Under the pieces are notes generated by a model that saw only the letters and a program-made list of their open reading frames with translations, was not told the DNA's origin and ran no database searches. A DNA stretch of 64,000 nucleotides, taken from a virus. Shown here piece by piece: positions 56,901 to 64,000 of this stretch; the first letter of the stretch is position 1, and the number at the start of each line of letters is the position of its first letter. The stretch lies in IMG/VR virus record IMGVR_UViG_3300024496_000011; one strand, 5' to 3'. A program made the translations under genes and the position numbers.

Positions 56901-59619
56901 ATCTATTAGAATTTCTAGAGATATATGATATTTTTATTGAATTTAATTTTTCTGCATAAACACCAACAGCACCACTTATAGATCCAACAAATTCTTCTCC
57001 AATTAATAAATCATCTGTCTTATTAGTTGGGCCCTCGATAGTTGTTAATGTTAAATTTGGTAGTTCTGGTTCTGAAGTATCATTAGATTCGTATATTCCG
57101 TATAATTTAGTTACATCAGGTTCTAATAAACAAATATCCTCATCCTGAACTCTTGTTCCATATGGATAAGTTCCATATGTTAAACCATCATTGTTTGTAG
57201 TTGCTCCAACTCCAGAATATTGATATTTTGACTTGTCTACAATAATTGTTTTAATTCTATTTTTATTTTTAACTTTCGATTTAATATCAATTTTTCTTAA
57301 AGTACCTATTAGTCTTCCGGTGCCAGAACTTGTTTGGAGCCCATTTATTGTCAATTCTCTTCCACCATTACCAAAGACAAGTTTATCTGAGCTTAAACTT
57401 TCAGTTAATCCAGAATCTGTAATTAAAACATATCTTTCTTCATCAAATGGTAAGAAAGTTTCATCTGATTCTGCAGATACTGTGTTTGTTGAATTTGATG
57501 TAATTGTCACATTATATTGATTTCTCACCGTCAATGAAGATTCGGTTAAATCTACGGAAGCAACATTTCTATTTGGTAATGTTGTATATAAATTATTATC
57601 TAAAGAAGATTGGAAATTAGAATATAATATTCTAAAATCACTTGGATTTATATCTGAAGTCGGTAAACCACCATCACAGACTCCACTGACAGTAGTAACG
57701 CCAGATATTGTAATAGAACTTTGAGATACTGAATTAATTTTTGCAAAAGTATTTACAGAAAGTCCTGGATTTGAAAAAGCTACAATGTTTCCTACTGTAG
57801 CAATTCCAGTAAAAATATAATTAGATGATGTTACCGTGCTTATTCCACCACCAGTAGCAGTAATTTTAACTTGACCAACATCTGAGATTGTAGATAATTT
57901 TATATCAGATGTGAATGTAGATCCGCTTCCAACAATACCATAAAGGGATTTAACATCATTTGTTGAATATGCCGTGATTGCTGTAGAAACTCTAGTATTT
58001 TCTATACCATCAAAAATTAATCTTTCACCAATTACAAAAGTACCTTTTGTATTATATGCGGTGATAATTCCCGAATTAGATGCGTCATATCTTAAAAATC
58101 CAACAGCACCACTAGACTTACCCTTAATATAAGTGGGTGTAGTTAAACTAATAGGTTCATTTAATGAAATTTCTGTATAAGTTTGTATATCATACAAAGA
58201 AATATCCCATTCATTAGAATCTGGTTGAGAAGTATTATATGATCCAGATTCTAATGCAAAATCATAAACTCTTGCAAGACCTATTTCTTTTCCCGAAGAG
58301 TTGGTTTGATTTGTCCCTACTCTAGAATCTCTTAAACTTACAGTATAAGATGTTGATATTCCTAGAGATGGTGATCCATAGACTCTATTTAAAGTATATG
58401 TTGGACCTGTTACATAATTTACGCTTTGATTTTGTAATAGTTTTGTTGTTCTTGGTTTTTCAAAATCCAAATATGTTGTTCCTACAACATCTATCTCATA
58501 TCCACTCACAAATGCTTTAAGTGGAGAAATTATATAAGTACCTAAATCATCAGAAGCTTTGTTATTATTATATGTTACTTGATTATCTTTAAATACGCCA
58601 CCATTTCCCTTTAAATCATCTAAAGTTTCTTTAACGGAGAGAGATGGGGATTTTACATAATAATTTCCAGATTCATCATAAGTTCTTCTTGCAAATTCTT
58701 TTTCAAGAATATTATAATCTGGATTATTAATTTGTTTTTGTATTATACCATTTCTAACTTCTAAAAGTTGAACAAAGTTTGGAGTAGCTTCTGGATTTTC
58801 TACATTTAAAGGAATTTTTGAAAGTATTGCTTGAATTGATAATCGATCTGCTCCAGGTGCAGCGTAATTTGAAAATCCTTGGGCATTATCATTTAAATCA
58901 ATATCATCATCGGGAGTTATAATACTCTCAAATATTTCTAGTCCAACTCTATAGCTTGGATAATTTGAATATTGATCTAATAAAATAGTTTGATCATCTA
59001 CAGTAACAAAATGACCTCTAAGGTAGTAAACACCTTCGGAAATATTTACTGCTGATCCTATTGAGTTTGGATTTGATAAAATTGTAGCGGCAAATCCTTC
59101 ATTTTGTTGAATTATTACATTTTTATCTCCAAAAATAGTGCTTTGCTCTGATATCCCATCTTCCACCAGCAAAACTTCATTCGAACCAAATCCTTGATAA
59201 CTATTTGATAGTAGATCTGAATTTAAAAAATTAACATATAAAGTGTTATTATTTCTTTCCGAATTAGAAAAATCTAAAACACCAACAACTACAGCTCTAA
59301 CTCCACTATTTACGCCACGAATTGTCTTCCCTATCAAATAAGGAAGATATTCTATTACATTAATACCAAGATAACTTTCTTGAATTTCTACTGCATAATA
59401 GTTGTCAATATAATTAATATTTCCGGGAATTACAATAGATCCTTCTTTGAAAAAATGATTTCCAAATTTTTCAATTTGATTTTGTAATAATGATTGAAGA
59501 GTGGTTAATTCTCTAGCTTGAACTGGATAACCGGGTTTAAATAAAACTTTATAATATTGACTTTCTGGGTCAAAGTCATCAAAATATGGAGAAACATTAA
59601 GGTTGGTTTGCTGTGGCAT
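53965..59619 (-). CDS. large baseplate/tail structural protein, DUF4815/VrlC-like (1884 aa)
   Basis: SPYFDDFD...VLFKPGYPVQARELTTLQ; RRTYDESGNY; RFKSGFFVDDF; Pro-rich linker near the C-terminus. Confidence 0.8.
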   Translation of the reverse strand: MPQQTNLNVSPYFDDFDPESQYYKVLFKPGYPVQARELTTLQSLLQNQIEKFGNHFFKEGSIVIPGNINYIDNYYAVEIQESYLGINVIEYLPYLIGKTIRGVNSGVRAVVVGVLDFSNSERNNNTLYVNFLNSDLLSNSYQGFGSNEVLLVEDGISEQSTIFGDKNVIIQQNEGFAATILSNPNSIGSAVNISEGVYYLRGHFVTVDDQTILLDQYSNYPSYRVGLEIFESIITPDDDIDLNDNAQGFSNYAAPGADRLSIQAILSKIPLNVENPEATPNFVQLLEVRNGIIQKQINNPDYNILEKEFARRTYDESGNYYVKSPSLSVKETLDDLKGNGGVFKDNQVTYNNNKASDDLGTYIISPLKAFVSGYEIDVVGTTYLDFEKPRTTKLLQNQSVNYVTGPTYTLNRVYGSPSLGISTSYTVSLRDSRVGTNQTNSSGKEIGLARVYDFALESGSYNTSQPDSNEWDISLYDIQTYTEISLNEPISLTTPTYIKGKSSGAVGFLRYDASNSGIITAYNTKGTFVIGERLIFDGIENTRVSTAITAYSTNDVKSLYGIVGSGSTFTSDIKLSTISDVGQVKITATGGGISTVTSSNYIFTGIATVGNIVAFSNPGLSVNTFAKINSVSQSSITISGVTTVSGVCDGGLPTSDINPSDFRILYSNFQSSLDNNLYTTLPNRNVASVDLTESSLTVRNQYNVTITSNSTNTVSAESDETFLPFDEERYVLITDSGLTESLSSDKLVFGNGGRELTINGLQTSSGTGRLIGTLRKIDIKSKVKNKNRIKTIIVDKSKYQYSGVGATTNNDGLTYGTYPYGTRVQDEDICLLEPDVTKLYGIYESNDTSEPELPNLTLTTIEGPTNKTDDLLIGEEFVGSISGAVGVYAEKLNSIKISYISRNSNRFRIDETITFKESGITAVITSSDAGDNNVTTNYIFDNGQRNTIYDYSRITRKSAAKEPIRKLKIVFESASFLSSDDGNITTANSYNQFDYCDIPSVNGIRNSDILDIRPRVSEFTVTTSSLSPFEFRSRSFTSSGNSASNVLASDESILLNYSYYLPRVDKIYLTKDGIFQLNKGEPADNPQPPIGIEDALDIATITLPAYLCDINDASLNLAEHKRYRMKDIYSLENRIKNLEYYTSLSLLETDTSNLFIRDVNGLNRFKSGFFVDDFSTTSSQKKVTIVKNSIDVANSELRPSPYNTLVDLVLGSNSLIGLGVTSNSQVDSRYVTDLIGTNIKKTNDIITLDYLEVEEINQPYATRVESVAPYRVGYYGGTINLAPSSDVWVDVVRLVANSTEVATNYIQSESQITASELDKQTGFGPVTWGSWETVWTGSTTAKDSRTVNVGYYIIKEDLETITKTGTSTRSGIRKITKEDTKYVSLGDTVLSSDISPFMRSRNIEFVAKRLKPLTRVYTFFSGLDVNKFIVPKLLEISMVSGTFQVGETVQGVVSDGAEILGVQSSTPKITFRVANSNHKYGPYNSPTEIFTKDPYNSVQDIPTNYSSTSTILNIDTFSLSQQALGDFFGFIQTGMRLRGNTSGAEAVITNIRLITDVNGVIIGSFFIPNPNVFGNPSFQTGTKLFRITSSSTNSLIDSTITSAEERFYSEGKINRVQENILSVRTARTETQTIIESRSEVSTGPVAVVATTIVGNTLPEPQPQPQPEPQPQPQPTPTPVFPSPIDNQPTPSWTPDPGPTTQPPPLDDIPGPTTDPGPVKPVEPKSTAGIKFLNVNAGGLVYGQRGIGGDKFVAGLFGKKLQGSNQPYYSVPLTTIKYNGKEVTYGELKKKIGANKAEQAFNAQGAKVTPTDKNYAALSTQLKESNQAKGMIPTTQNSPSLGQPAKQIQKDFVRDVRVTGPNGLTTVIPNAITVSPVNNKKKGKK
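54587..54649 (-). repeat. hexamer tandem repeat (CAACCA/CAGAAC variants) encoding (PQ/PE/PT)n linker
   Basis: Plus strand ggttgt/ggttct/ggtgtt repeated about 10 times. Confidence 0.9.
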
Positions 59620-59625
59620 GATTCT

Positions 59626-61182
59626 TTAGAATTGCAAAATGACTTTGATATCTTCTTTTTGATTTGATGACCTAGTTATAGAAGGTCTGTTATCAACATA
59701 TATAATGTTTCCAGAATATTTTTTTACTTCTGGATCAGAAACACCATTAATAAATGTTTGACCGACATAATACTTTCTATTATTTATTGTAGTAGATACA
59801 CCAGTAAATGAAGTATCAATTCCTAATCCACTTATACCTGAGGAATTAATGGTCAAAGATCCACCTGTGCTTGGAGATGATGTAAACCTATGCATTTTAA
59901 ATCCATAAATTGAATTTGGGTTTTTTGTACCATCACTATTAAATCCAACTAAAGTTCTATCCTGCCAATATTTTAAAACACCAGTATTTTTATCATAAGA
60001 AACAACTCTACCTACAGCTGTAGATCCTATTCCTATTGTTTGAGTGATAACGCTATCGTAAATAAAATTCGCAGTACTATAAGCGATTCCAACAAGTTTT
60101 AATGCAGATAAAGCACTAGATTTGTCTTTATTTAAAATTTGATTTGATCCAAACGCTAACGGATTTTCTACTATTCCAACCCTTGCAATTTGATTACCAA
60201 CAATAAAATCTGGATTTTCTAAATCATTTTCTATTCTAGAATATACTAAAACTCTATACGCACCCAATTCTCTATAAATGTCGTATCCATGGCCATTTTG
60301 GGGAGGAATAATGACATCAAAAACTGGAGGTGTTGATCCAGCGGGAACTCCTCCGGCAGATAAATTTACAGTTCCATATGAGTATCCAGAACCGCCATTT
60401 GTAATAATAGCGGATTGTACTCTAGAGTCGCTATTAATCACTATGGTACATTCTGCTCCAGTTCCATCTCCATTTATAGGAACCCTAGTGTATGTTCTTC
60501 CTGCAGTACCAATTCCAGTTCCTCTATTAGTAACTGTTACAATTTTAATTTGACCGCTCACTTCCGCGTTATTTCTAACTGCAGAATAATCGCTGTTTGT
60601 CTCCCAATCAGAGGGAACTGGAATAAAATTAGTAGATTCAAACTTCACTAATTCATTCGGTTTAATAGTATATAAGTATTTCCAGATGTAACCATCTTCA
60701 CTATCGCCAGCAGATCTTGGCTCTAAATCAGTAAAAGTTGGTTCGTCTAAAGAAGGTTTTCCTTTTGGATTTTCTGGGTCAACACCATTATAAAGACATA
60801 TATAAACTCTATAATCACTATTAACTACATAAAAATTTGATGCATATAAACTAGTTGCATTTGAAGGTACTGATAAATTTGTTCTACTAATATCATGTCT
60901 ATACATATCATAGACAGTTCCAGAACTCCAAGTAATTTTTCTTATTACCTGTCTGACATCACCCGGCAAAATCTTTTTTAATGCAATTATAGTGTCCCAA
61001 TAATCATTTTCCTGATCAAAATTATCTTTTGGCGATGGTGGAACAGAGTCCCAATTAGAATCATAATTTGTTGCATTCGGTAAACCTACAAAAGTATAAT
61101 AACCGTTTGCAGAAGAAGTTGCTGCCGCAACAAAGTTTTTTGCGTTTAATATTCTAATTTGATCAGTTATAATTGCAGACAT
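59626..61182 (-). CDS. gp8: baseplate wedge subunit (T4 gp8-like)
   Basis: ITDQIRILNA, YDMYRHD, GYIWKYLYTI, YIDNRP-like YVDNRPSITR. Confidence 0.85.
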   Translation of the reverse strand: MSAIITDQIRILNAKNFVAAATSSANGYYTFVGLPNATNYDSNWDSVPPSPKDNFDQENDYWDTIIALKKILPGDVRQVIRKITWSSGTVYDMYRHDISRTNLSVPSNATSLYASNFYVVNSDYRVYICLYNGVDPENPKGKPSLDEPTFTDLEPRSAGDSEDGYIWKYLYTIKPNELVKFESTNFIPVPSDWETNSDYSAVRNNAEVSGQIKIVTVTNRGTGIGTAGRTYTRVPINGDGTGAECTIVINSDSRVQSAIITNGGSGYSYGTVNLSAGGVPAGSTPPVFDVIIPPQNGHGYDIYRELGAYRVLVYSRIENDLENPDFIVGNQIARVGIVENPLAFGSNQILNKDKSSALSALKLVGIAYSTANFIYDSVITQTIGIGSTAVGRVVSYDKNTGVLKYWQDRTLVGFNSDGTKNPNSIYGFKMHRFTSSPSTGGSLTINSSGISGLGIDTSFTGVSTTINNRKYYVGQTFINGVSDPEVKKYSGNIIYVDNRPSITRSSNQKEDIKVILQF

Positions 61183-61211
61183 TTTGCCGTTTTTTTATTT
61201 ATTTATGAATA

Positions 61212-63998
61212 TTATTGTAAAGTAGTTGAATAACCAACATATCTCAAAGGATTAATTCTTTGGATAACCGCAGATGTTGACAAACCTGATATTCCATTAT
61301 TTGTGTATGAAGTAAAAGATTTTGGTCTCTTTCTAACAGTGGTATTTATTTTACCCCAACTATATTCGCCATAGAAAGCACTATATCCCATTCCAGATAA
61401 TCCATTATAACCTAAGACACTTACAATCACTCTTGACACATTTGTTACTCCAATTCCAGGAACACTTGTCTGTGCTATGGAAACTGATGCAACTTTGTAA
61501 ACATTGTCCAAACAAGATGTCCCAACTCCAACTATTGAAGAGGATGAATCTAGAGATGTTATTCCATAACCAATGTTAGAATTAAAAATAGTAAAGTAAT
61601 AGTCTGTTTTAATTCCACTTATTCCTGTAGTAGCTACTCCAACATTAATATTTGTGTTTCGTAAGTAGGACTCTGTTGGTACAAATAAATCAAATATAAT
61701 TCCAGTTGAAGCTATTCCAACAGATGTTGTCTGAACACCAACAATAATTCCAAAATCACCTTCATAAGTAACATCTTCAATTTTTTCTGTTTTGGGTGAT
61801 GGATAAGAAATTAAAACATAAGGTGGTTTCGATTGAGTATATCCAGATCCTGGGTTTGTAATTGTGAATGAAGTTACAATCCCCGATGATATTGATGATG
61901 TCACTAAACAAGTGCTTCCAATTCCAGTAGGAGATGAAATAGTAACAGATGGTGATGTGGTAAATCCAAGTCCGCCATTTGTTAACGAAATAGCAGATAT
62001 TGTTCCTGCAATAGAAACTACTGCCGTAGCAGATGCTCCAACTAAACTATCTTGAGATGTTATTAATATTTTTGTTTTATATGGAACCGTTGCATTTTCT
62101 CTTAGGTCATCGAAGAAAATCTTTGCATTTTGTACAAAAATCTCTGTCGAACCTACACTAACATTCTGTATAATATTAGTGGTTGGTTGAATTAATGACT
62201 CATATAAAATTCTATCTTTGCCAACTTCTTTTCCATTGACAATCTTATCTTCGGTTTGTTTACACCAAACTACAGGTCTTACTAAATTTTCATCTAAAGA
62301 TAGTCCAACATCTGAATATGGATTAGTCTCAACGCTATCTGACGAAACAATATCAGTTACTAATCTTTCATTCTCTTTCAATGAAATAGAATCGCCGTTT
62401 ATCCTCAGATTATCTCCAACTTTTACAGATTCTAGAATATCTGCAAAAACAACATCAACTTGACTGGTTCCTTTGTAGAATATAATCTTACAAGAATCAC
62501 CTTCTTTTGGTGCTTCCGTAAATGTAATTATACTTCCGCCATTAAATATGTAACCAGATCCTGGAACTTGTAAAATATCATTAATAAAAACTAATAATGT
62601 TGACTGTACATCAATACTCGATCCGCTTAAAGATCTAATGGCTGTTTGAATTCCATCTATTTTAATTGGGAAATTTCTTCTTCTGCCATTAAATAAATTT
62701 TCTACCTTATCAATAACTTGAAAATCTCCAATTGACCATCCAGAGAACTGGTCAGAAAATACCTGATCAATAGTAATCTCAAAATTTCTAAATGGTTTTG
62801 TTGGATCTGTAGGAATTCCTACCAATCCACCAACAGGAACCGTTAATAATTCTGACACTTTATATGCATAACCAAGATTTTTAATTTCAAAATTAACCAC
62901 ACTGGATCCTTGACCAACTATTATGTCTATGGTTGCCTGTGTTCCAACACCAGAATATCCACCTGAATATACTAAAGGAATATCTGAATAATTTAATGGA
63001 CTTTCAAAAACAACAGTTGGTGGATTTGATGTTGTATAACCAGATCCGGGATTAGTTATGATAACATTATTTGATATATGACCTGACAAAATTGTAGCAA
63101 AACCAACAAATTGATAATTAAGGAGTCCAGTACTTGAAGTTTTAACTCCAACATCAACCAGACCAACCATTGGAGAATTTAGAGATATTAATGCGGTTGC
63201 ATCTTTACTAATTATTTGACTTGTTGTACTTGCCGCACCAATTGTAATATAAGTAGACCCAACAGAAACAATTGGCACATTAACTAAAACAGATCCTATT
63301 CCAATAGTATTTGCTGATGAGAATAAAAGTTTTCCAAATACACCATCAATATTATCGATAGGTATAATTGTCTGACCTGATCCGACCGTAGTTGAAACCT
63401 TAGTTATAATTTCATATTTTAGTGAAGATCTATATCCAGATCCAGTATTTCCAATGCTGATTGATGAAATAGTTCCGGCAGAAGAAACTATCGAAGTTCC
63501 ACCTGCAGAAACTAAAGGTTGGTAACCAAATCCTTGTGTAGAACCTACAGAAATTATAATACCACCTCTAGGTATACTAGAAGTATTAATATCATATGCA
63601 GTAGAAGATATATTTCCAGTAAAACCAATTGTTGTTATACCAGAGTTTTCTTCCAATTTATAATCACCAAAAATATTAATGGATCCAAGTCTTTGTGGTT
63701 CCTGGAATACATTATTGATTAAAATAACCGCAGATGATCCAGATGTTGATAAACCGGAAACATTTGACCCAGAAGATTTTAGAGTAAACTGAGTAGAAAC
63801 TCCACTAAACTGTTCATCTAAACTATCAAAAACATAGTTAGTTTTATATGTGTCTTCGTTTGAATTTTCTATACCAGATCTTAAGAAAACTCTTCCACTA
63901 AAAGTTGATCTTGTAGTAATACCTGTAAAATCTCTGGCATCTGGTCTATTTGTTATTGTTCCAATCGGAGAATTTCCGTAAGGTGCGTCAATAAAATG
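61212..63998 (-). CDS. very large baseplate wedge protein (gp7-like), 5'-truncated by window edge
   Basis: Frame stays open from 63998 (HFIDAPYGNSP...); the track's start at 63656 is an internal TTG; GSGY repeats; C-terminal YSWGKI. Confidence 0.75.
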   Translation of the reverse strand, partial: HFIDAPYGNSPIGTITNRPDARDFTGITTRSTFSGRVFLRSGIENSNEDTYKTNYVFDSLDEQFSGVSTQFTLKSSGSNVSGLSTSGSSAVILINNVFQEPQRLGSINIFGDYKLEENSGITTIGFTGNISSTAYDINTSSIPRGGIIISVGSTQGFGYQPLVSAGGTSIVSSAGTISSISIGNTGSGYRSSLKYEIITKVSTTVGSGQTIIPIDNIDGVFGKLLFSSANTIGIGSVLVNVPIVSVGSTYITIGAASTTSQIISKDATALISLNSPMVGLVDVGVKTSSTGLLNYQFVGFATILSGHISNNVIITNPGSGYTTSNPPTVVFESPLNYSDIPLVYSGGYSGVGTQATIDIIVGQGSSVVNFEIKNLGYAYKVSELLTVPVGGLVGIPTDPTKPFRNFEITIDQVFSDQFSGWSIGDFQVIDKVENLFNGRRRNFPIKIDGIQTAIRSLSGSSIDVQSTLLVFINDILQVPGSGYIFNGGSIITFTEAPKEGDSCKIIFYKGTSQVDVVFADILESVKVGDNLRINGDSISLKENERLVTDIVSSDSVETNPYSDVGLSLDENLVRPVVWCKQTEDKIVNGKEVGKDRILYESLIQPTTNIIQNVSVGSTEIFVQNAKIFFDDLRENATVPYKTKILITSQDSLVGASATAVVSIAGTISAISLTNGGLGFTTSPSVTISSPTGIGSTCLVTSSISSGIVTSFTITNPGSGYTQSKPPYVLISYPSPKTEKIEDVTYEGDFGIIVGVQTTSVGIASTGIIFDLFVPTESYLRNTNINVGVATTGISGIKTDYYFTIFNSNIGYGITSLDSSSSIVGVGTSCLDNVYKVASVSIAQTSVPGIGVTNVSRVIVSVLGYNGLSGMGYSAFYGEYSWGKINTTVRKRPKSFTSYTNNGISGLSTSAVIQRINPLRYVGYSTTLQ

Positions 63999-64000
63999 AA

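Noticed and set aside
61212-63656. ORF track start 'MEENSG' at 63656
   Set aside because: That codon is an internal TTG; the frame is open to the window edge, so the gene is 5'-truncated.

Overview
A 64-kb segment of a T4-like (Tevenvirales-type) myovirus genome, almost certainly a cyanophage. Host clues are a DUF3110-like gene, an NblA-like gene, hsp20, a CobS-like AAA/VWA pair, MazG and cyanophage-type gene order. Essentially all genes are on the minus strand. Read in transcription direction (64000 toward 1): a giant baseplate wedge gene (truncated at the window edge), gp8, a DUF4815/VrlC-like baseplate/tail gene split in two, gp13-gp23 (neck, terminase, sheath, tube, portal, prohead protease, scaffold, major capsid), gp3, uvsY, uvsW, gp55, gp47/46, VWA + MoxR AAA, gp45/44/62, dam, regA, hsp20, gp43, uvsX, gp41, mazG, a late cluster of probable internal head proteins with tRNA-Ala(UGC), gp61 primase and nrdA/nrdB. 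I saw no CRISPR array, intron, intein or photosystem gene. The most interesting signals: (i) a 71-aa protein carrying a near-copy of the mature major-capsid N-terminal arm (GPTAGFDPV); (ii) a 59-aa NblA-like ORF missed by the ORF track inside the late structural operon; (iii) proteins with T4-like capsid-targeting N-termini (MKSFxxFxxE) and repeated prohead-protease-like sites, including a nucleotidyltransferase and modular polyproteins; (iv) three paralogous Sm-like proteins lying beside candidate small RNAs and a strong antisense promoter; (v) a fourU-like hairpin over the hsp20 ribosome-binding site. Family assignments come from motif recognition by eye, not database searches.
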